A stretch of DNA of 58,327 nt from Phycisphaerales bacterium (GCA_022446945.1 JAKVBW010000001.1:1-58327), one strand, 5' to 3'; positions 37,024 through 45,660 are shown, counted from the first letter of the stretch. Made by a program: numbers and translations. The notes: a model not told the origin generated them from the letters alone.

Positions 37024-38589
37024 ATGGCGAAGAAGTCGACCGATCATCTGGGCTCAGCTATCGAGACGATTCAATCTCTCATCGTGGCATTCGTCTTTGC
37101 GATGATCTTTCGGGGTTTCGTCGTCGAGGGTTTCGTCATTCCCACCGGATCGATGGCCCCGACCTTGCGAGGGCAGCACGTGGAAGTTGGCAGTCGCCAG
37201 ACAGGCATCGCGCTGCCGGTGGGTCTGGACACGCAGGGACGCCCCCCCAATGCTGGCTTGTTGCGTGATGCGATGGCTGGGCGCGATCAGCCGCTCACCA
37301 GGCAAGCAGCCCGTGTCTCGAACCGACGCATGGGGGATCGGATTCTGGTGTCGAAGTGGCTTTATCCATTTGTGGAACCGGCGCGGTGGGATGTGGTCGT
37401 GTTCAAGAATCCCGCGCACCCAGAGGGTCCCCACGGCACCTACATCAAACGCCTGGTGGGCCTTCCCGGCGAGACGGTCTGGTTGGTAGACGGTGATGTC
37501 TTTGTCCGAGAGATGGGTTCCGACCAGTTTCATGTCGCGCGCAAGCCGCGTCACGTTCGTGAAGCGGTGTGGCAGCCAGTGTGGAACAGTGCAGCGACAC
37601 CGGTCAAGCAGATTGAACTGGCGCGGCCTTGGGCGGGCTGGCCGTGGAAGGTCGTCACAGGTGGATGGCAACGCAGTGGGGGGATCCTGCGATCCGATTC
37701 AGACGCACCTTCACTCCTCAGGTGGAACACAGAAAGTTATCCACTTGATGATTGGAATGCTTACAACATGTTTGCGCCGGTCGCGGGCGATCTGCCCGTT
37801 TCGGATCTGAGAATCGCCGCAACTCTGACACCGCAGTCCGAAGGACTCATGTCGTCTCTGGAACTGCTTGTGCGGTCACATCGATTCACTTTTGAGGTCC
37901 AGAGTGGTCAGGCAACGATCACGATGGAACCTGCAGCGGCCCCTTCGAATGGCGAAGGGCGTATGGAGACCAGAGTTTCGGCAATCATTCCTGAGTTGAC
38001 GTCCGGCGTTCCCATGCGGGTTGTTGCAGAGCATGTTGACCAAACATGTCGGTTGTTGATCGACGGTGAGGAAGTGCTGTCATTGGATTACGACTGGACG
38101 CCTCGCCAGCGGCTGGAAGCAACTGCGGGCTTGGTGAATTCTTCGATGGAATCATCGGAACTGGCGCGTCGCCGTCCGGTCGAGCCGATGCTCACCTGGT
38201 CCTTTGCCGGCGCACCTGTTGAACTCCGGTCTATGGAAGTCGATCGAGATCTGTACTACCGGCCTGCCGTCTTGACGAGTGTGTCGACAAAGCACGAACC
38301 CCTTCCGGAGTTTGCGGAGCAGGTTCGCCCAGGGCGGCCTGCTGCAGCGACGGATGAAACATCCACCGTGATGTTGGGACCAGATCATTTCTTTGTCCTG
38401 GGAGACAACAGCGGACGCTCACTGGATGGCCGGTTGTGGGGCGCCCCGGCGCCGATTGCGGCGGAACAAGTCGATCCTGCGCCCTTTGTGGTGCCGAGAG
38501 ATCTTCTGATCGGCAAGGCATTTGTCGTGTACTTCCCAGCCCCTGTCGAGGGATTCCTCGACTTTGGGAGGCTGCGGTTCATTCACTAA
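37024..38589 (+). CDS. lepB: signal peptidase I (S26), unusually long with a large internal insertion
   Basis: Box B is IPTGSMAPTL (catalytic Ser), box C is GDRILVSK, box D is YIKRLVGLPGETV (catalytic Lys) and box E is VLGDNSGRSLDGRLWG. The boxes are separated by about 300 extra residues. Confidence 0.85.
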   Translation: MAKKSTDHLGSAIETIQSLIVAFVFAMIFRGFVVEGFVIPTGSMAPTLRGQHVEVGSRQTGIALPVGLDTQGRPPNAGLLRDAMAGRDQPLTRQAARVSNRRMGDRILVSKWLYPFVEPARWDVVVFKNPAHPEGPHGTYIKRLVGLPGETVWLVDGDVFVREMGSDQFHVARKPRHVREAVWQPVWNSAATPVKQIELARPWAGWPWKVVTGGWQRSGGILRSDSDAPSLLRWNTESYPLDDWNAYNMFAPVAGDLPVSDLRIAATLTPQSEGLMSSLELLVRSHRFTFEVQSGQATITMEPAAAPSNGEGRMETRVSAIIPELTSGVPMRVVAEHVDQTCRLLIDGEEVLSLDYDWTPRQRLEATAGLVNSSMESSELARRRPVEPMLTWSFAGAPVELRSMEVDRDLYYRPAVLTSVSTKHEPLPEFAEQVRPGRPAAATDETSTVMLGPDHFFVLGDNSGRSLDGRLWGAPAPIAAEQVDPAPFVVPRDLLIGKAFVVYFPAPVEGFLDFGRLRFIH

Positions 38590-38657
38590 GTAAGGCGTGA
38601 ATGGGGTATGGGGGATCGTGTAAAAGTGTGCTGTTTCAGAACTCATGGAGGCGCGAT

Positions 38658-39413
38658 ATGACTTTCAAACTTCTGCTTGCTTTAGCAATGAGTGCGATTG
38701 CGCTGGTTGGTTGTGAGGGATTCAAAGACGAAGTTACTAAAGGAGATCTTGATGCTGCAATTCGAGCCGCTACTCCAGAGACAAAGAGATTGGTGTATTT
38801 ATTCGAATCGAATCCTGCTTCAGTAACCGCGCATCAAGTGCAGGGTCTATTGGATAGGGGCGCCTCTGCGAATGCGATCTTCGAAACTTCGCGTGATTAC
38901 GCCACTGTGCTTATGAGTGCAGCGCAATACAACAGCAACCCTGAGGTGATCTCAGTGCTTCTTAAAGCAGGTGCTGAGGTGAATGCAAGGACTCCACGTG
39001 ATGGCAGGACTCCGCTGATGTTTGCAGCGAAAAATAATAATCCTGAAGTGATATCAGTGCTTCTGGCAGCAGGTGCTGATGTGAATGCGAAGGAAGGTGA
39101 AGGTTTTAAATATAGCGGAGGAGATGGTGAGACTCCGCTGATTGTTGCAGTGGAATACAACGAAAACCCTGAGGTGATATCAGTGCTTCTGCAAGCAGGT
39201 GCTGATGTGAATGCAGGGAGGGAAGATGGTTGGACTCCGCTGATGTGGGCAGCGGGTAGTAACGAAAACCCTGAGGTGATATCAGTGCTTCTCAAAGCAG
39301 GTGCTGATGTGAACGCGATAAATACTCATGGTGAGATAGCGTTGGATTATGCACAGAGAAATTTGGAAGGTACTCAGGCGCTGAAGGAACTGGAAGCGGC
39401 TACCAATCCGTGA
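38658..39413 (+). CDS. ankyrin-repeat lipoprotein
   Basis: GGAGG lies 6 nt upstream of ATG 38658. The lipoprotein signal is MTFKLLLALAMSAIALVGC. There are at least 4 ankyrin units (TPLM.AA..N.NPEVISVLL.AGADVNA). The gene is visibly more A/T-rich than its neighbours. Confidence 0.85.
   Translation: MTFKLLLALAMSAIALVGCEGFKDEVTKGDLDAAIRAATPETKRLVYLFESNPASVTAHQVQGLLDRGASANAIFETSRDYATVLMSAAQYNSNPEVISVLLKAGAEVNARTPRDGRTPLMFAAKNNNPEVISVLLAAGADVNAKEGEGFKYSGGDGETPLIVAVEYNENPEVISVLLQAGADVNAGREDGWTPLMWAAGSNENPEVISVLLKAGADVNAINTHGEIALDYAQRNLEGTQALKELEAATNP
38937..39317 (+). repeat. four near-identical ~51-bp intragenic DNA repeats (ankyrin helix-loop segments)
   Basis: The unit is aaYcctgaRgtgatNtcagtgcttctNNNagcaggtgctgaKgtgaaYgcN. 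Copies start at 38937, 39039, 39165 and 39267, with spacings of 102, 126 and 102 nt. Confidence 0.85.
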
Positions 39414-39450
39414 TTACCTAAGTCTCCAACCATCCAACCAAACACCTCAC

Positions 39451-39484
39451 AACCCCTCTGCAAAACGCAGGGGGGTTGTTCTTT
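39451..39484. terminator. hairpin plus T-rich tail between convergent genes (likely intrinsic terminator of the ankyrin gene)
   Basis: The sequence is aacccctctgc-aaaac-gcaggggggtt (with a G-U wobble) followed by gttcttt. It lies between 39413 (+ stop) and 39519 (- stop). Confidence 0.6.
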
Positions 39485-39518
39485 GGAAGCATTCCACTGC
39501 GTTCAGTTATCCACCAAT

Positions 39519-39941
39519 TCAACGTGAAATCATGCGCGACACTCCAATGCCAAGGAGTGATCCAATGACGAGAATCGCGATTGTTCCCATTGTTCGCCAT
39601 GCAACATCCGAGTCTGTGATCTGCCAGATGACGAGAGTGCCTACCACCAAGGCAGCGACGAAGCACAGGCCAAAACAAGCATGGGCGATGCGAACAACGA
39701 TTGATTTGCTGCGCCCCAATAGTCGATTGATCGAAATGGCGAACACGCAGACCGCAAGCACCACGCCTAGATTCGCGATGGTCTGGAAGAGCCAGTCCAA
39801 GTTGTTGTCTTCCCAAACCTGAATGATCAACAATATGATTCCAGCCATGACGGCTGTGATTCCGAGCAGACCCAGGACCATGTCTGCTTGGTGCAGAAAG
39901 ACGGGATACGTGCGTTGGTGGGACTCGTTGGAATGAGACAT
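39519..39941 (-). CDS. hypothetical small integral membrane protein (about 4 TM helices)
   Basis: The 140-aa ORF has four hydrophobic segments (VLGLLGITAVMAGIILLII, LGVVLAVCVFAISI, ACFGLCFVAALVVGTLVIW, MGTIAILVIGSLLGIGV). I recognise no family, and the A/T content is relatively high. Confidence 0.5.
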   Translation of the reverse strand: MSHSNESHQRTYPVFLHQADMVLGLLGITAVMAGIILLIIQVWEDNNLDWLFQTIANLGVVLAVCVFAISINRLLGRSKSIVVRIAHACFGLCFVAALVVGTLVIWQITDSDVAWRTMGTIAILVIGSLLGIGVSRMISR

Positions 39942-40085
39942 GGAAGTAGTTCCTCAAGATGGAGTTCTTCAGTGATCGTCGATGGAAATCGTGAGCCTGC
40001 GATCTGGATTTTCAAAAATGCATCATACAGATCGGCGTGTCCTTCATTCAGCTCGCTTGTTCTTCCGCCTGCAATGTCAATGTCG

Positions 40086-41915
40086 TTACTTCAGCAGTGA
40101 TCGCATGCTGTCCAATGCGTTCTGCATGCGCTTGCGCGCGTCATCAAGATCAATCCCGCCCAGACTGTCAAGTGGTACAGATTTGTCTTGCCGCTGGCCC
40201 AATCCATACCACCCCTCGAGCAGTTCACCATCGAGGAACATCACTTCAAATCCCTGTGGATTGCCACCGGGAACCACATACTCCAGTTTCCACTCATCAG
40301 TGGACGCAACTCCCCTCTGCCATGCAATCGCGTTCAGGAGGGCGGTGTCAGATTCAGGCAAAGTGAATGGGTTGAACAAAAAGAGCTTCATGCGGGAACG
40401 CGTGGCTGACACAGCCAAGTTCAATCCTGCCGGATCGCGCGGGTTGATCGTCCGCACCCGCTGGAGGAGCATCGAACGCTCCTCCGCATTCAAGACGCCG
40501 GTTCGCAGCGCATCACGCAAGACTGCGGCGCAACGCTCAGCGGCGTTCGCTGCGAGAATGCCTGAAGCAATCGTCGGGTGGTCGCTCAGTGCGCCGATGA
40601 TGCGCAACACGAGGTCAAGATCAGCTGCCGTCCCTGACGAGGCGCCCTTCGCGACCTCACGGCCCGCTCGCACCAAGAGTCCATGGAGAAGGGCATCCTG
40701 ATCTGGGAGCCACCAAGGGATGGGGGCTTCTAGATAGTCCTCCCAAGGAGGCGGATAACCCGCTTCACGCTGTTGCTGTGATTGCGTCAACAGGCTGTCG
40801 ATGCTCTCGCGTTCATCTGGCACGTCAATCCAGATCGCATCAGATCCTGCCGCGCGTTCCCCTGCGCGAATCCAAAGCCAGGCGGCATTTGTTTGGATCT
40901 GCTTGCCTTCAGACAGCGCCCGCAAACGCTTGGCCAGTTCCCGACGTTCATCCTCATACTCATTGCGATTCTTGATAATCGCCGCGATGTCTGGGGCGAA
41001 CGTCTTCGCCAGGCCGAGGTCGGAATCCAAATCAGCACGCATCTCGAGGGATTCGGCGCGTCTGCCGGCACGTTTCCAATCCTGATCGGCTGCAATCTCT
41101 ACTAGCGTTTCATAATGCGCGTCTAGCTGTCGGAGTTCCTGTTTAAGCGCACCATTCGTCCACGCTTCAGTGGGTTCGGGAGTGGGCCCTGCACTGACCG
41201 ACAGCATGTTTTGCAGCAGGTCGATCGCCTCAGGGGTGATGGCCCCGGCATCATCTGCCTCATCAAGCTTCAGTTTCGTGACGAGCCATTCCGAAGTGAA
41301 CTGCCGCTCTCTTTCAATGGATTCCACCAAACCGAAATTGTCACGCGGTTGGTCGATGGCTGGAAGCAGGATGCGCGCGATCTCAGGTGTGATCGCGCCA
41401 GATTCGAGGCAGCTGAGTATCTGTTCATCAGCGTTCTTCTGAATGCTCAACGCGACCATCATCGAGATGAGGCACGGATCGGCACGTGTGTGCTCGGACA
41501 TGGTTCTTGTTGCCCGCATCGCTTCCCGGATTCTGTGGGCATCACCGGTTTGGATTCGATCAGACAGGTGCATGCTGATCGTCCGACCTCCATGCCAAAC
41601 GTCACTCAGATGTGGGAGAAGAAGATCCCAGCCCAGATCCCATTGCAATTCAAAGTCTGGGGGCGGCATCTCGCTGGCTTGCAGGATCAGTTTCAGGGTT
41701 GGTTGCTGTAGCGCGTGCAGGCGACTGGCCATGTCATCTGAGAGCGGGTATCTGTTTCTGACGGCGCACTTGAGCCAATCCAGTTCCGCTTCTTCTTCAG
41801 TGGTGATCTTGTCCCGAACCGTCCCCAGTTCACGGTAGATCTCGGCCGTTTCGATCGAGAGTGCAGGCTGTATGGAGAGACTGGCTGCGGCGAGCAGACA
41901 TGGCATCATCATCAT
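40086..41915 (-). CDS. hypothetical secreted, predominantly alpha-helical protein (609 aa)
   Basis: The long ORF starts with MMMMPCLLAAASLSIQPALS (signal-like). It is rich in Leu/Ala/Glu/Arg, and I recognise no catalytic motif. Confidence 0.6.
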   Translation of the reverse strand: MMMMPCLLAAASLSIQPALSIETAEIYRELGTVRDKITTEEEAELDWLKCAVRNRYPLSDDMASRLHALQQPTLKLILQASEMPPPDFELQWDLGWDLLLPHLSDVWHGGRTISMHLSDRIQTGDAHRIREAMRATRTMSEHTRADPCLISMMVALSIQKNADEQILSCLESGAITPEIARILLPAIDQPRDNFGLVESIERERQFTSEWLVTKLKLDEADDAGAITPEAIDLLQNMLSVSAGPTPEPTEAWTNGALKQELRQLDAHYETLVEIAADQDWKRAGRRAESLEMRADLDSDLGLAKTFAPDIAAIIKNRNEYEDERRELAKRLRALSEGKQIQTNAAWLWIRAGERAAGSDAIWIDVPDERESIDSLLTQSQQQREAGYPPPWEDYLEAPIPWWLPDQDALLHGLLVRAGREVAKGASSGTAADLDLVLRIIGALSDHPTIASGILAANAAERCAAVLRDALRTGVLNAEERSMLLQRVRTINPRDPAGLNLAVSATRSRMKLFLFNPFTLPESDTALLNAIAWQRGVASTDEWKLEYVVPGGNPQGFEVMFLDGELLEGWYGLGQRQDKSVPLDSLGGIDLDDARKRMQNALDSMRSLLK

Positions 41916-41988
41916 CGCGACATACTGCCCCGGCGGGGGCTATCGTGTCCACAGGAGTCGCCTCCGATTTAGCAAGAATGTCGTTCAA

Positions 41989-42678
41989 ATGACACAACCT
42001 CCGCCATTGATTGCCTTTCAAGCGCCAGATCCTCCAAGTGACCCCTTGGCCGCTGCGCAGGCATTTCGTGATGGCATGGCGCAGCGGCGGTCCATTCGGC
42101 ACTTCTCTTCTGATCCAGTGCCGTTGGCGCTCATTGAGGCGATCGTTTCCACTGCCGGTTCTTCGCCAAGTGGCGCCAACAAGCAGCCATGGCGGTTTGT
42201 TGTTGTCGGAGACCCCGATCTCAAACGCCACATTCGCGAAGCCGCGGAAGAGGAAGAACGCGCGTTTTATGAAGAACGCGCCTCAGATGAGTGGCTTGAA
42301 GATCTTGCGCCACTGGAGACGGGCCCCGACAAACCGTTTCTTGAAGAAGCGCCCTGGCTGATTGTGATTTTCAAACTCATGCGAGACGATCAGATGAATG
42401 CGCGTTCGGACAGGGTTTACTATGTGAACGAGTCGGTGGGTATTGCGACGGGAATGCTCTTGGCTGCCGCGCACCAAGCAGGGCTGGCCACCCTGACCCA
42501 CACACCCAGTCCGATGGCGTTTCTGAAGACAGTGCTTGGTCGTCCCGAGTACGAACGCCCCTACATGATCATTCCGATCGGCTGGCCTGCCAAGAATTGC
42601 CAGGTGCCGGACATTAAGCGGAAGAAGTTGCAGGACATCATGGTTCTGCATGCAACGCAGGAGTTGACGGACACATGA
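41989..42678 (+). CDS. iodotyrosine deiodinase (halotyrosine dehalogenase)-like FMN nitroreductase-superfamily protein
   Basis: It is collinear with my recollection of mammalian IYD. Shared segments are RRSIRHFS..PVP, AGSSPSGANKQPWRFVVVGDPDLKRHIR, EEEERAFYEER, FLEEAPWLIVIF, YYVNESVGIATGMLLAA and CQVPDIKRKKLQDIMV. The start is taken at ATG 41989. Confidence 0.75.
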   Translation: MTQPPPLIAFQAPDPPSDPLAAAQAFRDGMAQRRSIRHFSSDPVPLALIEAIVSTAGSSPSGANKQPWRFVVVGDPDLKRHIREAAEEEERAFYEERASDEWLEDLAPLETGPDKPFLEEAPWLIVIFKLMRDDQMNARSDRVYYVNESVGIATGMLLAAAHQAGLATLTHTPSPMAFLKTVLGRPEYERPYMIIPIGWPAKNCQVPDIKRKKLQDIMVLHATQELTDT

Positions 42679-43220
42679 TCTGGATTCATTGGTCCCTAGT
42701 CGGTTTCTTTGCCATTCTCGGCGCGGGTTGCATTCTGCTCGTTGTCATGCAGTTGCCTGGCACGTGGCTCATGGTCGGGCTTGGAGCGTTGGTCCAACTT
42801 GCGGATGTTGCGTGGGTGCATGGAGAAGCAGCGACTGCCGGCTGGTGGGCGCTAGGCATCGCGGTAGCGCTGGCCATTGTTGGTGAAGTACTGGAAAGTG
42901 CATCGAGTGCGGCGGGCGCTAAGATCGGCGGTGGTACCCGACGCGCGATGTGGGGGGGATTCATTGGCGGCATTCTGGGCGCCATCATCGGAACTTTCGT
43001 CATACCGATTCCGCTTCTGGGGACATTTGTCGGCGCGATCGCCGGTGCTTTCATTGGCGCATTTGTAGGCGAAGTGACCGGATCGTCTCCTCGCTCGGCA
43101 GTATCCGCGGTGGCGCCAGCGACTGGTGCAGCAGCGGGTCGTGCGATGGGAACCTTGCTGAAGGTCGGTATTGCGACAGCGACTTGGGTGGTTCTGCTGG
43201 CCGGTTTTGTGATTCGCTGA
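42675..43220 (+). CDS. DUF456 family membrane protein
   Basis: LPGTWLMVGLGALV and the Gly-rich helices GAKIGGGTRRAMWGGFIGGILGAIIGTFVIPIPLLGTFVGAIAGAFIGAFVGE fit the DUF456 pattern. The ATGA start/stop overlaps the preceding gene. Confidence 0.55.
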   Translation: MIWIHWSLVGFFAILGAGCILLVVMQLPGTWLMVGLGALVQLADVAWVHGEAATAGWWALGIAVALAIVGEVLESASSAAGAKIGGGTRRAMWGGFIGGILGAIIGTFVIPIPLLGTFVGAIAGAFIGAFVGEVTGSSPRSAVSAVAPATGAAAGRAMGTLLKVGIATATWVVLLAGFVIR

Positions 43221-43221
43221 A

Positions 43222-44994
43222 TCAGGCGTCGGGGGTCACGCGCAGAACTTCTTCGAGAGTGGTCTCCCCGGCGGCCATCTTGGCAATAGCGTCTTCGCGC
43301 AGTGTTCGCATGCCTGCGCTACAGCAGTGTGTGCGAAGCTCGTTCACGGTTGGATTGGATGCAATTTGATCCCTCATAGGATCGTCGACGGTCAGCATTT
43401 CATGAACGCCCAAACGTCCCGCATATCCAGTTTGTCTGCATGCGTCACAACCACTCCCCATCACCATCTGTTCCAGATCGATGTTCCATGGCTTGAGGAT
43501 GGCAGCCGCTTCTGATGACACAGGCACACTGTGTTCGCAGGAACGACATACCCGTCGCATCAACCGCTGCGCCAGTACAGCATTGACTGCACCGGCAACC
43601 AGAAATGGTTCGATACCGATGTTGATCAGTCGGGTGATGGAAGAGGGCGCATCGTTGGTATGAAGTGTTGACAGAACCAGATGTCCGGTGAGCGCGGCTT
43701 GAATCGATATCGTCGCTGTTTCATGGTCACGAATTTCACCAATCATGATGACATCCGGATCCTGACGAAGCAGTGTTCTCAATGAAGAGGCGAAGGTGAG
43801 ACCGATCCGGTCATGTGTTTGTATCTGAGTGATGTTTCGAAGTTGATACTCAACGGGGTCTTCAACAGTCGAGACATTGAGTTTCTGTAGATCAAGCTCC
43901 TGGATCGAAGAGTAGAGCGTCGTTGTCTTTCCCGATCCCGTCGGACCGGTGACGAGAAGAATGCCATGGGGCTTGGCTATCTCGGATCGCCAGTGCGTGA
44001 GCGTCGAATCGGCGAATCCGAGTTCGTCCAGCGTGACCTGAATCGAACGGTTGTCGAGCAGACGCATGACCGTCTTCTCGCCGTGAGGCGTGGGCGCCGT
44101 CGAGACACGAAGATCAAGTGGTCGCCCATGCACCTGTACGCGGATCCGCCCGTCTTGCGGGAGTCGCCTCTCGGCGATGTCCAGAGAAGCCATGATCTTG
44201 ATTCGGCTTGTGAGCGAGGCGAGCATGCGGCGAGGCGGATTCATCATTTCATACAGAACCCCGTCGATGCGGAATCTGATTTTGATCGATCTTTCCGAAG
44301 GTTCGACATGGATGTCTGATGCACCTTCTCGCACCGCAGACTGGATGATGTGGTTCACGTATCGCACGACGGGCGAAGCGCTGCCATCGTCGATTTCATC
44401 CTCATCATTTTCTTCCACGATCTCGACATCCGCTTCAGCAGCATCCGCCAGGATTTCGTTGAGATCGAACTCTTCAGCCACATCCGGTTGCGCATCTTCT
44501 AGCAGTCTTTCAATGGCGCCCGGTCCGACAAGAACCTGTCGCATGGCACCACCGCCTAGTTCTGCGCGAACTTCATCAAGTGTGTCGATATCAACGGCAC
44601 TGGCGGTACCGACCGTGATGCGTCCAGAGGGACCGGAGATCGGCAAAATGCGACGTGCTTTGCAATATTCCAGTCCAAGTTTCGCGATGGCCAGATGATC
44701 AACTTCAGATAGATCAGGCGTGATGTGATCGAGGCCAAGCCCCTCAGCGAGAGTCTTCATCAGAGGCGCTTCTTCTGCGCCCATGTCAAGAAGGATGTCA
44801 TGCAGCGTTGCCCCAGGTGTCTGCACCATGAGACGGCGGGCCGAATCAATCTGCTCTCTGGAGACGATCGCCTTTTCCAGTAGCGCAGCGCCCAATTCAA
44901 ATGGCGAGTCATCCTTGATCTGATTCGGTGACCAGAGCTCATGCATCATCGGTGCTGTGCACGAGCGATCAGAAACATCATGGGTTTGCTTCAC
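43222..44994 (-). CDS. pilB: type IV pilus / type II secretion assembly ATPase (PilB/GspE family)
   Basis: The N-terminal GSPII_E_N-like domain reads LLEKAIVSREQIDSARRL...LGLDHI. Also present are the Walker A GILLVTGPTGSGKTTTLYS, Asp/His boxes and the tetracysteine motif CRSC...CDAC. It is the last gene of the pilMNO(P) operon. Confidence 0.9.
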   Translation of the reverse strand: MKQTHDVSDRSCTAPMMHELWSPNQIKDDSPFELGAALLEKAIVSREQIDSARRLMVQTPGATLHDILLDMGAEEAPLMKTLAEGLGLDHITPDLSEVDHLAIAKLGLEYCKARRILPISGPSGRITVGTASAVDIDTLDEVRAELGGGAMRQVLVGPGAIERLLEDAQPDVAEEFDLNEILADAAEADVEIVEENDEDEIDDGSASPVVRYVNHIIQSAVREGASDIHVEPSERSIKIRFRIDGVLYEMMNPPRRMLASLTSRIKIMASLDIAERRLPQDGRIRVQVHGRPLDLRVSTAPTPHGEKTVMRLLDNRSIQVTLDELGFADSTLTHWRSEIAKPHGILLVTGPTGSGKTTTLYSSIQELDLQKLNVSTVEDPVEYQLRNITQIQTHDRIGLTFASSLRTLLRQDPDVIMIGEIRDHETATISIQAALTGHLVLSTLHTNDAPSSITRLINIGIEPFLVAGAVNAVLAQRLMRRVCRSCEHSVPVSSEAAAILKPWNIDLEQMVMGSGCDACRQTGYAGRLGVHEMLTVDDPMRDQIASNPTVNELRTHCCSAGMRTLREDAIAKMAAGETTLEEVLRVTPDA

Positions 44995-45006
44995 TGCGAC
45001 ATATCC

Positions 45007-45660
45007 TCAGGGTCGGGGCAGATCAAGAGTGATGGATGTGTCAGCAAGTGGATCCGTTGCCCGAAGGCGTACTTGCCCATTGCTGATCGACAAAAGCGTA
45101 AGCGTGAGATTCGGTTGGTATTCGATCGGATGCTCCAGAGGGAGCGTGACATCACCCACAACTGCGACCGAGTGTCTTCCTTGGAGCACCATTGAAACGC
45201 GCATGGCTTGAACCTGTTGCTCCATCTGTTCTCGGCGCGTTTCCCGGAGATTTTCCTGTGAGGTATGGGAGGGGACTGTGGGGAGCGCAGAAAGTCCCCC
45301 AGGAAGCAAGAACGGATTGGACTTCAGATCTTCAACAGGCACGTGATCAGGCGGTTCTGCGCAGCGGGCTAGCACGACGAGCGGATCGTCGACAGGTATG
45401 TCAGCCGCTAGGCGCTCTTGATCTGGTGCGAGATACGCGCTGATCGTTTCGACGGCATCATCGGCTGCGACTGCCGTTGTTGGGCCCCCGGAATAGAGTC
45501 TCATGCCCACAATGGTCAAGCAGCCGCCGCCAAGAACGAGTGCCATGATGAACAATCGGCGGCGTCGTTGCGCAGCAAATGGAGTGGCCTGTGTTGTAGG
45601 CTCGAACATGTCATCTTGCGCGTTCACTCCACCAGTCCGCTCTACATCAGACCAAGTCAT
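45007..45660 (-). CDS. hypothetical bitopic protein, PilP/GspC-like by position
   Basis: It has a single TM (RRRRLFIMALVLGGGCLTIVGM) and a C-terminal beta-rich segment MRVSMVLQGRHSVAVVGDVTLPLEHPIEY...ISNGQVRLRA, reminiscent of the PilP/GspC HR domain. It overlaps pilO by 4 nt. Confidence 0.4.
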   Translation of the reverse strand: MTWSDVERTGGVNAQDDMFEPTTQATPFAAQRRRRLFIMALVLGGGCLTIVGMRLYSGGPTTAVAADDAVETISAYLAPDQERLAADIPVDDPLVVLARCAEPPDHVPVEDLKSNPFLLPGGLSALPTVPSHTSQENLRETRREQMEQQVQAMRVSMVLQGRHSVAVVGDVTLPLEHPIEYQPNLTLTLLSISNGQVRLRATDPLADTSITLDLPRP

